DNA of 64,000 nt from IMG/VR virus record IMGVR_UViG_3300023174_000036, positions 124,001 through 188,000 of that record; one strand, 5' to 3'. This document shows, in pieces, positions 46,412 to 56,423 of the stretch. Every line of letters starts with the position of its first letter. Position 1 is the first letter of the stretch. The position numbers and the translations under genes were made by a program. The notes beneath the pieces are model-generated. The model was not told the origin of the DNA. It saw only the letters and a list, made by a program, of their open reading frames with translations, and did no database searches.

Positions 46412-47613
46412 CTTGATAATGTTTCCCCGCTACCGTGTTGAACGTTATCTCGTGGAACAAATTTAGTATGCATATCACCTGCTGAATCGTACTGTACCCA
46501 TCCTTCTGAATTGATAACTTTAATTTCTGGAGGATTCATTTCTAATTGCGATAACAGTTGATTTTTCAAATTCATAATTCGCTTAACATAATTAAACACA
46601 GTAGTAACGCCAGCCGGAACAGCATCTATACGGGATCTAATATTCAACTTCATGCTGTCGGATTTGACCATACCACTTGCACCTGTATCAACCCAAGTTA
46701 TAAAATCATCACCAACATTGGCCAACTGTCCTGATTTGGATTTTTCATTCATGTAACGATATATAATACCTTTGAAGTTTGATACTTTTGGAATAGGTGA
46801 CAAGAACGCATCAATAGTTGCTTTATCTTGTTTGAGATCCATTTCAATTTTATCAATAACTTTGGTATCCATTTTTGGTTGTACTTTGGCATAGTATGGA
46901 CTCAATACAATTAACTCAGGTATTGGATTCATATATGTAGTAAAATCTCTAACTGGTTTTTGTTCACTATCACCAGCACCAAATTTATCAAAGCTACCGT
47001 GTGCGGCAACCATGGCCTGTGCACCTTCCGCAATACGCTGACCCAGTGTAGAGTCGACAGCAATGTGATATTGTGTTTGACTTTTTAAATTAGGATTTAA
47101 TTCATACACACCATCCACTTCTTCTGGGGGTGTTGTAAATAGACCATCGGCATAAAAATAAATTTCTTTACCTTTACGTGGAACTTTGGTAGAAGCTTTG
47201 AAAATCTCATACAAGTGACTAAACTCTGTGGCAAACTGTTGGCGCTCTGCTTGTTTGGCAGGATCGTTGCCAGCATCACCGCTTTTGTTCAAAATAAAAT
47301 TATAAATGCCACGCACACTGGTAAAATCGCTTATATCGCTAGTGCCTGTTCCACCGCGACTCCAACCGTTGTGACCGCATAAGATAAACTGTCCGTCTTT
47401 AGTGTAGCCCCAATAAATTTGCGGTGCTCCGTCCCATTTAAATCTGGTATTTTCTGAACTAGCAGTTCCAGCTTTACGTATATGCTCAAGAGCTTTGATT
47501 ACACCAGCAGTGCCGTGTAAAAAAGTCAAATCTTCTACGTGGTTAAATGCTCTGCCAACTTTTGCTTTGACAGGTTCAACAGCCTCACGTATAAACAATT
47601 CTCTTAGTAACAC
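46399..47613 (-). CDS. conserved phage protein with ligase-like KxDG motif (DUF6267-like)
   Basis: NHVEDL, FKWDGAPQIYWG, YADGLF, terminal EGWV...KFVPR. Confidence 0.55.
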   Translation of the reverse strand: MLLRELFIREAVEPVKAKVGRAFNHVEDLTFLHGTAGVIKALEHIRKAGTASSENTRFKWDGAPQIYWGYTKDGQFILCGHNGWSRGGTGTSDISDFTSVRGIYNFILNKSGDAGNDPAKQAERQQFATEFSHLYEIFKASTKVPRKGKEIYFYADGLFTTPPEEVDGVYELNPNLKSQTQYHIAVDSTLGQRIAEGAQAMVAAHGSFDKFGAGDSEQKPVRDFTTYMNPIPELIVLSPYYAKVQPKMDTKVIDKIEMDLKQDKATIDAFLSPIPKVSNFKGIIYRYMNEKSKSGQLANVGDDFITWVDTGASGMVKSDSMKLNIRSRIDAVPAGVTTVFNYVKRIMNLKNQLLSQLEMNPPEIKVINSEGWVQYDSAGDMHTKFVPRDNVQHGSGETLSRWVP

Positions 47614-47615
47614 AA

Positions 47616-48008
47616 TTAGTCCTTGTACTTGCCATCAGCTAGATGTTGTTTAAAGTCTTCTTGCATTTTTTTGCAAATACTAGTAACAGTTTTGTCGTCT
47701 AACGATTCAGGCAGTTCACGTATAGGGAATCGTTTAACATATTGCTGATAGCTACTTACAACTGCTGGCTTAAAAACATCAGGATTTATTGAACGATTGC
47801 TGTTGGCCCTATCAAGGCAGCGGGCAATGCTGGGATAAACATGACGTCGATACACATCATCGTCATGATTCATGAAATGAGTCAAGTCTTCTACAAGGTC
47901 ATAGTCCAGTTCTCTACCCTTTTCAGTAGATTTAACAAAATCTAAATCTTTAAAGAATTTATTTTCTAATAGTTCACGTATACGCATTATAAAGCCCGGT
48001 TTTAACAA
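47616..48008 (-). CDS. hypothetical late protein
   Basis: MRIRELLE; late promoter ATAAATA at 48046..48052. Confidence 0.6.
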   Translation of the reverse strand: MLKPGFIMRIRELLENKFFKDLDFVKSTEKGRELDYDLVEDLTHFMNHDDDVYRRHVYPSIARCLDRANSNRSINPDVFKPAVVSSYQQYVKRFPIRELPESLDDKTVTSICKKMQEDFKQHLADGKYKD

Positions 48009-48071
48009 AAATTACATACATGGCGGCAGATGCTCGCCTTTAGAGTATTTATCGTAAAACACAATTACTGT

Positions 48072-48719
48072 TTAGGCTTTCTCGTTTACGACCCGCTCAA
48101 CTTTGGAAATTACGCCGCTAAGATGCATCTTTGCCATGAGCAAATTATTATCACCTGTAATGTAAAAGTAACTGCCGCCCCAGCTATTGTTTCTTAACAG
48201 CTGAATTTTACAAGATTTAGTTAGTTTTATCTTGGAATTATTACTAGCCCATGTGATAAAAGTGCTGTATTCTTGCGAAGTTTTGCCCAGTGTTACCCTG
48301 TAATCGTATTTTATCTTGGGCAAAATAACTGTGTTTTCTTCTAGAGTTGTGCCGGTTGCCGGCTTGCAAATATACTTTACTCGAGATGCATCCAATTTGA
48401 TTAATTTGTCAACATCTTGTTTGTTATTAGTATACACTGTGACCCATGGAGTTTCTACACGTATTTCTATGTTGTCTAACGCAGAAAGCACATGCTCTAA
48501 CTTGATAGCATATTGCAACTCTTCTTCAGTTTTGATAGTCCAACGTTTTCTAGAATACACATCAGTTTCTAATTTTACATTTTTTATGCGGTCAGCAATA
48601 ACATCGCTGGGTGCGTTTCTAAATAAATGAGCGCCAGAAAATACCAATACAATTTTGTACTGGTACTTTCCGTAAAACAGTTTTTTAGTCTGCTTGAACT
48701 GCATGGTCAGTAGTTTCAA
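48072..48719 (-). CDS. hypothetical protein
   Basis: 215 aa ORF overlapping clpA end. Confidence 0.6.
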   Translation of the reverse strand: MKLLTMQFKQTKKLFYGKYQYKIVLVFSGAHLFRNAPSDVIADRIKNVKLETDVYSRKRWTIKTEEELQYAIKLEHVLSALDNIEIRVETPWVTVYTNNKQDVDKLIKLDASRVKYICKPATGTTLEENTVILPKIKYDYRVTLGKTSQEYSTFITWASNNSKIKLTKSCKIQLLRNNSWGGSYFYITGDNNLLMAKMHLSGVISKVERVVNEKA

Positions 48720-50961
48720 TTGCCAACATTGGCGCTTTAGATGTTTTACCTTTAGCTACCAATGCTATTTTATCTTCACTAATAGAGATAGTAAGCCACC
48801 CGCCGTTCTTGAGGTCTCCAAACAACATCATGCGAGCAAGGTCACGTTTAATTTCCTTGTCAATAACACGTTGTAATGGACGAGCACCCATTTTAGGATC
48901 AAAGCCTTTGGCAATAAGCCAGTTGGTAGCCTCGTTATTAATTTTGATACGAATACCTTTTTCTTTAACTTGATCACGCATTTCGTCAATGAACTTGGTA
49001 ACAACTTTGACCATTGTTTCTTTATTGAGTTTGTTGAATGTAATAACTGCATCAAGTCGATTTCGAAACTCTGGAGTAAAAAACTTTTTCAAGTCTTTAT
49101 CGCTGTAGTCTTTACTTTGTGATCCAAATCCAATAGTATTCTTTTCAGCATCCTGCGCACCTGCATTGGTGGTGAGAATCAATACAATGTTACGGCAATC
49201 AGCTTTTTTACCATTCGAACCAGTAATAAAACCGTTATCCATAATTTGCAACAATACTGTGCTGACATCTGGATGTGACTTTTCAACTTCGTCAAACAAC
49301 AAAACAGCATTAGGGTTTTCTTGAATCTGTGTAATCAACAAGCCAGCATTTTCTTCAAAGCCAACATACCCTGGTGGACTACCAATCAGTTTGGAGATGC
49401 TATGCTTCTCTTGGTATTCTGACATGTCAAACCGCAACAGTTTGACACCCAAGTGCTTGGCCAGCGACTTGGCAGTTTCGGTCTTACCGCAACCAGTTGG
49501 CCCCATGAATATAAATGATCCAACAGGTTTGTTTTCACTCTTAAGTCCTGCCTGTGCAACAATGATCTTGTCCACAATTTCTTCCACAGCGGTGTCTTGT
49601 CCAAACACATCTGCGCTGACATTGTCTTGCAATTTGGAAATACTTGCACTTTCAGTTTCAGAAACTTGTTCTTCAGGAATTTGTACCATCTTAGCAAGTT
49701 CGTATTGAATTTCACGTTCGGTAATGATACGCTCGTCTGCAAGTTTGAGATTGAAACGACTACAAGCCAAGTCAATCAAATCAATGGCCTTATCTGGAAG
49801 TTTCTTATCTGTTTGATATTTTACACTTAGCTTGATTGCTGAATGTAATGCATCGTCTTTAATTTTAACATTATGGAATCCTTCATAGTATTTTTTAATA
49901 CCCTTAAGGATCTGTGTAGTAACTTCAATTGTTGGTTCATCAACAGTAATACGTTGGAAACGACGCATCAATGCACGATCCTTTTCAAAGTGCTTGCGAT
50001 ATTCTTCCCATGTTGTACTAGCAACAACTTTGATATTGCCTTTGCTCAATGCAGGTTTCATCATGTTGGCAAGGTCGTTTGCACTGTTACCAGCAGATCC
50101 TGCACCAGAGATCATGTGTGCTTCGTCGATAAACAACACAGTCTTGCCTTTCTTTTGAAGAGCTTTGATAACTGCTTTAAATCTTTCTTCAAAGTCTCCG
50201 CGATATTTAGATCCAGCTAGCATAGCTGAGATATCTAAATTATAAACAGTGTAGTCTTTTAAGAAGTCTGGAACAGCACCCTTGACAATATTGTAGGCTA
50301 GTCCTTCTGCTATGGCAGTCTTACCTACACCCGGATCTCCAACTAAGATAACATTATTTTTATTACGACGACCCATTGCAAGTGCAATATTTTCCAGTTC
50401 GTCAACACGACCAATAACTGGGTCAATTTTATTTTTTTCTACTTGAGCATTTAAGTTTGTAGTAAACGCCTGCAGAGCTTTACTTGGTTGACCGCCTTCT
50501 TGAGGTTGTTCTTCCTCTTCAGGATCATCCACGCTGTTATTCAAGAAGTCAGCAAACTTGTCTCTATCAATGCCAGCTTTTGCAATATAAAAATATGCCC
50601 AACTGCGTTTTTCACCCATCATTGCAACAAACACATCAGTGGGCTCAATGCGCTGGCGTCCGTTGAACAACACTTGTGTAAACGCACGATTCAACACACG
50701 CTCCACGCTTTGTGTTTTCTTAGGCTTGACCACAACATCTTGCACAGTGATTTCACCGCATTTGTTTTTCAAATAATCAGTTAATTCTGATTTCATTGTT
50801 TCAGGCTTGGAACCAAAACTTTGTAAACAACTAACAAACGATTCTTCAGTCAGCATAGCTAGAAAGATATGTTCGATTGTTAAATATTCATGATGCAGTT
50901 TTTTAGCAGTCTCTAATGCTTTTTCAAATACTGCCTGCAAATTATCACTTGGTTCTACCAT
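48685..50961 (-). CDS. clpA: ATP-dependent Clp protease ATP-binding subunit
   Basis: N-domain HEYLTIEH, GDPGVGKT, FIDEAH, RRFQ, GPTGCGKT, FDMSEY, LLFDEVEK, GARPL. Confidence 0.93.
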   Translation of the reverse strand: MVEPSDNLQAVFEKALETAKKLHHEYLTIEHIFLAMLTEESFVSCLQSFGSKPETMKSELTDYLKNKCGEITVQDVVVKPKKTQSVERVLNRAFTQVLFNGRQRIEPTDVFVAMMGEKRSWAYFYIAKAGIDRDKFADFLNNSVDDPEEEEQPQEGGQPSKALQAFTTNLNAQVEKNKIDPVIGRVDELENIALAMGRRNKNNVILVGDPGVGKTAIAEGLAYNIVKGAVPDFLKDYTVYNLDISAMLAGSKYRGDFEERFKAVIKALQKKGKTVLFIDEAHMISGAGSAGNSANDLANMMKPALSKGNIKVVASTTWEEYRKHFEKDRALMRRFQRITVDEPTIEVTTQILKGIKKYYEGFHNVKIKDDALHSAIKLSVKYQTDKKLPDKAIDLIDLACSRFNLKLADERIITEREIQYELAKMVQIPEEQVSETESASISKLQDNVSADVFGQDTAVEEIVDKIIVAQAGLKSENKPVGSFIFMGPTGCGKTETAKSLAKHLGVKLLRFDMSEYQEKHSISKLIGSPPGYVGFEENAGLLITQIQENPNAVLLFDEVEKSHPDVSTVLLQIMDNGFITGSNGKKADCRNIVLILTTNAGAQDAEKNTIGFGSQSKDYSDKDLKKFFTPEFRNRLDAVITFNKLNKETMVKVVTKFIDEMRDQVKEKGIRIKINNEATNWLIAKGFDPKMGARPLQRVIDKEIKRDLARMMLFGDLKNGGWLTISISEDKIALVAKGKTSKAPMLAIETTDHAVQAD

Positions 50962-51448
50962 TTAATTTCCTCTGTTTTTTAATTGCCATTGCTAGTTTAA
51001 GTGGACTTAGTCCATCTGTAAAACATACGCCATCCAAATGATCTAGTTCGTGTAAGAAACATCTGGCATCTAGACCCTCTAATTGTATTATACGCTCTTG
51101 GCCTGTATTGTCAAGGTATTTTGCAATCAAACTTGTACTGCGTTCAACTTTTAACCATAAATCCGGAAAACTCAAACATCCTTCGTCTCCTATGGCTTTT
51201 TCATTATTTACTTCAAGGATAATGGGATTAAACAGCCCACACTCTCGACCATCCTGAGTACGCATGACAAATACACGTTTCAACAATCCAACTTGTTGTG
51301 CGGCAAGTCCTATACCGTTTGATATCTTCATTAAACTAAGCATCTCTTGCTCGACACGTGCCGCTTGTTCACAATCTTCTGCACTTTCAAATTGCCAAGG
51401 CGTTGCTGATTGTTTTAATATTGGATTAGGATGTTTTATTAATTTCAT
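50945..51448 (-). CDS. def: peptide deformylase
   Basis: [23 protein letters not shown]. Confidence 0.95.
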   Translation of the reverse strand: MKLIKHPNPILKQSATPWQFESAEDCEQAARVEQEMLSLMKISNGIGLAAQQVGLLKRVFVMRTQDGRECGLFNPIILEVNNEKAIGDEGCLSFPDLWLKVERSTSLIAKYLDNTGQERIIQLEGLDARCFLHELDHLDGVCFTDGLSPLKLAMAIKKQRKLNGRTK

Positions 51449-52277
51449 TGTTAATTGAGCGAAGTCTTTCTACTAACGAAGGATCTGTAACGGCCGGAGT
51501 TCGGATTTTAATAACAGATACAAAACGACCTTTGTGCCCAGTGTTTACATTTGGAAATCCATTACCGTGACTGGCAAATTCTGAACCGTCTTCAATACCA
51601 GCACGTAAATCAAGATCCAATGCTTGTCCTGACAATGTTTTTACTTGTTTTCTACAACCAACCATAGCGTCAATGGGACTAATGTACACTTTTGTGTAAA
51701 TGTCATCGCCCACACGGGTAAAGTTAGCATCGGGCAATATCACAATAGTAACATTTAAATTACCACGGGGTGCATTTGGAATACTGTCGTCACCAAGTCC
51801 TTGATATCTGATAGTTTCAGCATGTCCAATACCAGGCGGCACATTAATAACAACAGTTTGTGTACGTCCACTAGGCAATTTATAATTTGCTTCTAGTTGT
51901 TTGCCTACAAACGAATCCATTAACGTAATTTGACATTGGATATTTAAATCTCTATTTCGGCCACGGCCACCGTGTCTGCCAAAAATATCTCCAAACGGAT
52001 GTCCAGCAAATGGATTGTTTTGCCCAAATGCTTGTTCAAACGGATCCCAACCACCAGTATGAAAACGTACTTGTGGGCCACCCATTCTTTGTTGGTCGTA
52101 TTCAGCACGTTTATTTTGATCACTTAGTGTGTCGTATGCCACACTAATATCTTTAAACTTGGCTTGATCACCGCCTTTGTCCGGGTGATGCTTATTGGCC
52201 AAACTTCTGTAGGCTTTTTTAATTTCTTCAGGAGTTGCTTGTTCATTAACTCCAAGGGTTTGATAATAATCAGTCAT
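51426..52277 (-). CDS. DnaJ/CbpA-like co-chaperone (no Zn finger)
   Basis: [16 protein letters not shown]-domain, G/F linker, C-terminal DnaJ domains; late promoter at 52297..52303. Confidence 0.9.
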   Translation of the reverse strand: MTDYYQTLGVNEQATPEEIKKAYRSLANKHHPDKGGDQAKFKDISVAYDTLSDQNKRAEYDQQRMGGPQVRFHTGGWDPFEQAFGQNNPFAGHPFGDIFGRHGGRGRNRDLNIQCQITLMDSFVGKQLEANYKLPSGRTQTVVINVPPGIGHAETIRYQGLGDDSIPNAPRGNLNVTIVILPDANFTRVGDDIYTKVYISPIDAMVGCRKQVKTLSGQALDLDLRAGIEDGSEFASHGNGFPNVNTGHKGRFVSVIKIRTPAVTDPSLVERLRSINNEINKTS

Positions 52278-52289
52278 TGATGTAATTCC

Positions 52290-52967
52290 TTAAGGATATT
52301 TATGAATAACATTTTCATCGTTATGAAAGTTAAATGCCACGGTCATTCTTTCACCGTCCGCAGTAAAAGGATTAACCAAATGAGACATCCAACCGGGAAA
52401 AATTAATACATCTCCAGGTTTTCCTCTAAAAGAAAAACTAGTTGAATCTAGAAAGTTTTTGTTTGCACTGTATATAAAATGAGTCACACCCGGCAAATAA
52501 CTTCCACCTTTAATTTTAGAAAGTTCTTCTAATGCATCAATTTCTTCGGCTATGCTAGGATCTTCTTTTAGATATATAATACCGGATAATGGACTTTTAT
52601 TATGATCGTGTAAACAATTATAGTCGTGTTTTCGAGTAATATTTAACCAAGCAGATGCAATTGCTAATTTTGTTTCTTTAACTGACTGATCCGCAGTATG
52701 ATGACTTTGTAAATAATATTCCCCTAATGCTACTAAAAACGATTGTAAATTTGATTCAACAAAAAAATCATAATTCAGCAACAGTTGATTTGTATTTTTC
52801 CCTACAAGATATTCTGACCAGTCGTATTCTTTAAGATATGCTTCGTCTTGTGTCTTTGCCTTCATTGCTTCGCTTTCGGCAAGCACGGCCGCAAGTATAT
52901 CATCGGGTAAATGAAATTTTAAAAATACGGGCCCAAAAGGGCTAATCATAATCGGTTGTTCAGTCAT
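52290..52967 (-). CDS. 2OG-Fe(II) oxygenase-like protein
   Basis: AWLN, HDH...LSGIIYL, IFPGWMSHLVNP, ERMTVAFN. Confidence 0.75.
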   Translation of the reverse strand: MTEQPIMISPFGPVFLKFHLPDDILAAVLAESEAMKAKTQDEAYLKEYDWSEYLVGKNTNQLLLNYDFFVESNLQSFLVALGEYYLQSHHTADQSVKETKLAIASAWLNITRKHDYNCLHDHNKSPLSGIIYLKEDPSIAEEIDALEELSKIKGGSYLPGVTHFIYSANKNFLDSTSFSFRGKPGDVLIFPGWMSHLVNPFTADGERMTVAFNFHNDENVIHKYP

Positions 52968-52991
52968 AATAATGGGTCAAGTAATACAGTA

Positions 52992-53020
52992 ATTATACTA
53001 TATTAGACTTGACCCGTCAA
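52992..53020 (-). promoter_or_regulatory. sigma70-type promoter
   Basis: TTGACG-17-TATAAT. Confidence 0.65.
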
Positions 53021-53033
53021 GAGTCTGAGCTAA

Positions 53034-53246
53034 TTATTTCTTTTTAGCTGGCTCTGGAACTGCGTGACCTTCGGCTTTTTCATGTACTTTGATCTTCTTG
53101 CACACTTGAACTGGCTTACCGTCCTTACCATTTACAACTTTACCAGCCTTGTCCAATTTGTCTTTACAAACTTCTTTGGTCTCGCCACCGGCATATGCAC
53201 ATACAGCAATACCAAAACTCATCATCAATGCTAAAATTAATTTCAT
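53034..53246 (-). CDS. small secreted protein
   Basis: Signal peptide MKLILALMMSFGIAVCAYA; two Cys, Lys-rich. Confidence 0.65.
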   Translation of the reverse strand: MKLILALMMSFGIAVCAYAGGETKEVCKDKLDKAGKVVNGKDGKPVQVCKKIKVHEKAEGHAVPEPAKKK

Positions 53247-53256
53247 TTTATTTTCC

Positions 53257-53814
53257 TTATAAAACAGGATCTGGATCCTGAGGTACTATTTTCTTACCAC
53301 CAGCTGTTGTTGTTACTCCTGTTGGAGTTGTCCCCCAACTTGGTGCTGGTGTAAAACTTGTTGTTGGCGCTGAAGGTATGCTTCCAAACCCGCCTCCGCC
53401 AAAGCCACTTGGCGCTGGTTGGTTGAACCCTGTTGGTGCTGGAGTACTGAAGCCCCCAGGCGAGGCACCAAATCCTGTTTGAGGTGAGCCAAATGTTGTT
53501 GTGACGCTCTGTGATACGGGTGCAAGTCCACCATTATTTGCTCCGCCTAATTTTTCTTGTGTACGACCAAATGCCGCAATACCTAAAACAGCACCCATTG
53601 CAATGTGGAATAAACCAGCACCTTGTAGTGTTAGCGGATTCCACTGTGTGATTTGTGTGTGGGTCATTGTTTGTAACAGACTCCATAAGATTGGAAATAC
53701 CACCATGTCCATAGTACAAACCAACATGTACATCCAACCCATCATTGGACGCCATTTGCTGTTCATCCAATCTTCTTTCTTTTGCTCGCTTGCGCTTTTG
53801 ACTTCTTCTGACAT
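53257..53814 (-). CDS. probable holin with low-complexity C-terminal tail
   Basis: KWRPMMGW then hydrophobic segments and MGAVLGIAAFGRTQEK, like 3TM holins; inside lysis cluster. Confidence 0.65.
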   Translation of the reverse strand: MSEEVKSASEQKKEDWMNSKWRPMMGWMYMLVCTMDMVVFPILWSLLQTMTHTQITQWNPLTLQGAGLFHIAMGAVLGIAAFGRTQEKLGGANNGGLAPVSQSVTTTFGSPQTGFGASPGGFSTPAPTGFNQPAPSGFGGGGFGSIPSAPTTSFTPAPSWGTTPTGVTTTAGGKKIVPQDPDPVL

Positions 53815-53838
53815 TTAGTTCGCTCCTAAATTATACTA

Positions 53839-54459
53839 CTATTTAACTGATTCAAAGATTTTTTTCTGTTCCTTGTACCATTCTTGCCATGCTTCTAATT
53901 TGGCTGCGTTTTCGTGACAGCTTCCGTAGTTTTCAACGACTCTGTCGAGGAGTTGACTGGCTTTAACTTCGCTGGGGGTTCCATCAGTTGCGGCGGCACG
54001 TCCGGCCACTTCATTACGACTGGCGCTGTCGTGCAAGCTGACAGTAGACTTAGGCAAGCTACAACTAGCATCCAACTGCTTGCCGGCAACTTCTTTAATG
54101 ATTTCTCTGTTGACATAAACATTTTCCTTGACTACTTTAATTTTTTCAACTATTTTAGTTTCTATAACTTTGTTAACTTGCTGACTTTTTTCTTCTGCAA
54201 TTTTAACTTTGGCTTCTAATTCTTGGACTCTGGCCAACCATGCTTGTTGTACGCCGTGCCCACCGTAAAAATACGCTCCTACTACTAACAATACAACACC
54301 AACTAATTCCGCTGGTAATTTATATTGACCCATTAAAGGAAGCCACTTTACCAGTTTACTAGCAATGTAAAGTGCAACACCTGCTGTTAGGATTATATAA
54401 TAAATCCAAACAAACAAATTATCTGGAATGAGACTTAGCATCCATCCAAGTTGGCCCAT
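53839..54459 (-). CDS. i-spanin (Rz-like)
   Basis: N-terminal TM segments, coiled coil, C-terminal NY..CHEN..KL.AWQEW. Confidence 0.7.
   Translation of the reverse strand: MGQLGWMLSLIPDNLFVWIYYIILTAGVALYIASKLVKWLPLMGQYKLPAELVGVVLLVVGAYFYGGHGVQQAWLARVQELEAKVKIAEEKSQQVNKVIETKIVEKIKVVKENVYVNREIIKEVAGKQLDASCSLPKSTVSLHDSASRNEVAGRAAATDGTPSEVKASQLLDRVVENYGSCHENAAKLEAWQEWYKEQKKIFESVK
53895..54071 (-). CDS. o-spanin (Rz1-like lipoprotein) embedded in i-spanin
   Basis: MLVVACLSLLSAC lipobox then Pro-rich WPDVPPQLMEPP in alternate frame. Confidence 0.75.
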   Translation of the reverse strand: MLVVACLSLLSACTTAPVVMKWPDVPPQLMEPPAKLKPVNSSTESLKTTEAVTKTQPN

Positions 54460-54460
54460 G

Positions 54461-55090
54461 TTAGCTTCCTAAAATGTGCATGGCATGATTATAATGCTTG
54501 ATGCGATCATCTAAACCCAATGTGCCACCATTAATACGTTTAGTCAATGTTAGCATGTCTCCACTGTCTGCCCATTGATTCAAGTTGTTGGTTTCCCAAA
54601 ACCAGCAAGCACTTTGTACAGCGCCTTCAAATGTTCCAAGAAATTCTGGAATCTCTTCCACAGGAGTTTCGATACTTTCTGCAAATCGAGTATAGTTGTC
54701 TTTGCCGGTTAATTGAATTAGACCACGACCACAATAACGGAAACCGTCGCCTGATGCCTCAGGACCGTTACCCATACGCCCGCCGTATGCGCGATTAGCA
54801 ATGCGTTCTGGTTGTTGTGCATACTGTCGAGCTACATCAATATTGGGAAAATAACGTGGCCACACTTTCATCAATGTTTCTGCACGATAGTTTAAATTTT
54901 CCTTTAATGCTTTATAACCGCCTGACTCGTGTGCTGTTTGCGCTAAAAAAGCCGCTACACGTGGCACTGTGTTAATGTCATAGTCTGGAAGTAGCAATGC
55001 TAGTGCTTCATACCAATGATTAACATACTGATTATTTGTGATAATTTGTGATAATTTATTTTCTGTAAATTCAAAATCAAAGTTTGACAT
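54461..55090 (-). CDS. endolysin, glycoside hydrolase family 19
   Basis: AQTAHESGG, GRGLIQLTGKDNY, TKRINGG. Confidence 0.9.
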   Translation of the reverse strand: MSNFDFEFTENKLSQIITNNQYVNHWYEALALLLPDYDINTVPRVAAFLAQTAHESGGYKALKENLNYRAETLMKVWPRYFPNIDVARQYAQQPERIANRAYGGRMGNGPEASGDGFRYCGRGLIQLTGKDNYTRFAESIETPVEEIPEFLGTFEGAVQSACWFWETNNLNQWADSGDMLTLTKRINGGTLGLDDRIKHYNHAMHILGS

Positions 55091-55092
55091 TA

Positions 55093-55824
55093 TTAAATCC
55101 TTTCAAGTGCAACGGCCCATCCGTTGTTTTCAAATATAAACTTACTATTAATTTTGGTAATATTGTAGTTACCAATTGTTTTAGTTAGAAATAATACTTC
55201 TGAGATATCTTTTCCTTCTAACATAATAGGCCCTTGTATATTATTGTATACATCGTGCCTTGATCCACTGTCAACGATATTAAACGATACTGGTTGATTA
55301 ACAGATCGTCTAAATGTAATAGACTCGTCTAGTACTGTTACTTTATCAGCATAACTTTTAGCAAAAAACTCACTGAAGTTATTCAATCCAGTTCTTTCTG
55401 TGGCAATTTTATAAGAATTTTTATCTGTGGGAACGATCGATGTAATATTTTCTTTAGTTGCTTCTTGGCTTTTGAAATTTTTAAAATAACGGAATCTCAT
55501 ATAATCAAATTCTGTTAACTTAGTAACTCCGTTGATAATTTCCATAATTTGTTCAGCCGCATGCCTACCGCGTTCTAATTCTACAAAAACTAAAAATTCG
55601 CCGTCGTCTGTTTCGCCTGGTGTGACATCTGCGTCAAGTACAAAATCGTAGCCCATCTCAATAAAATTTTCTAAATCTTTAGCAGGATCTTCTTCGGCCA
55701 CTACAAAACTTAAAACAATAACTTCTTCGTCGTTGCCAACTTTACTTTTGTAGCTGTCAATTCCAAATACTTTTTTAATCATGTGGCGCAAGTCGCCTGC
55801 TCTCAAACTTTCAGTAATTTTCAT
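55093..55824 (-). CDS. hypothetical protein
   Basis: MKITESL; 243 aa. Confidence 0.65.
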   Translation of the reverse strand: MKITESLRAGDLRHMIKKVFGIDSYKSKVGNDEEVIVLSFVVAEEDPAKDLENFIEMGYDFVLDADVTPGETDDGEFLVFVELERGRHAAEQIMEIINGVTKLTEFDYMRFRYFKNFKSQEATKENITSIVPTDKNSYKIATERTGLNNFSEFFAKSYADKVTVLDESITFRRSVNQPVSFNIVDSGSRHDVYNNIQGPIMLEGKDISEVLFLTKTIGNYNITKINSKFIFENNGWAVALERI

Positions 55825-55832
55825 ATTGATCC

Positions 55833-56423
55833 TTACGCTACCGGAGCCATTCCACCCGCTGGAGCGCCACCTGGCATACCACCACCTGCTGGAGCGCCGC
55901 CCGGCGGAGCCATTCCACCAGGAGCTGCCGGAGTGGTAGGAGCCGCTGTTGCTGGACCCTGAGCTTCACTTGGAGCAGTTCCTGATTGATTTTCGTTTTT
56001 CATCTTGTCCATGTAGCCTTTGTAAACATCAAACGCTACTTTTTTTGGCATTTGAATTTCAACAAGCCAGATAGGCTTACGATCTAATTTGCCTTTTTTA
56101 CTGCCTGGACGAATATCTTCATGTGTGCGGATTTTACGTGGTTCAAGTAAATGACTTTTTTGATATCTTACTTTGCAACCTAAATCTATTAGTCTCTTGC
56201 CTGCATTGGGATCAGGCATCTTGTCTTGAGGCCACATAAAACTAGCAGTTATCCAGTGACGGTCAACTCGAGGCCCATATGCCAACTCGCCGTCAACCCA
56301 GTTTTCAAATACGTAAGTGTCCATCTCGTCGAGAACACGCTCAAAATCTTTTAAAACAGCTAGATTAGAGTTGTTTTCATACAGTGTTTGTATATTGTTA
56401 ATGACGTCTATTATATCATGCAT
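55833..56423 (-). CDS. hypothetical protein with Pro/Gly/Ala tail
   Basis: 196 aa; late-promoter-like TAAATAAGTA upstream. Confidence 0.65.
   Translation of the reverse strand: MHDIIDVINNIQTLYENNSNLAVLKDFERVLDEMDTYVFENWVDGELAYGPRVDRHWITASFMWPQDKMPDPNAGKRLIDLGCKVRYQKSHLLEPRKIRTHEDIRPGSKKGKLDRKPIWLVEIQMPKKVAFDVYKGYMDKMKNENQSGTAPSEAQGPATAAPTTPAAPGGMAPPGGAPAGGGMPGGAPAGGMAPVA

Noticed and set aside
48020-48040. Small hairpin GGCGAGCATCTGCCGCC after a late promoter as an ncRNA
   Set aside because: Too short and weak to call; at most a 5' stabilising stem
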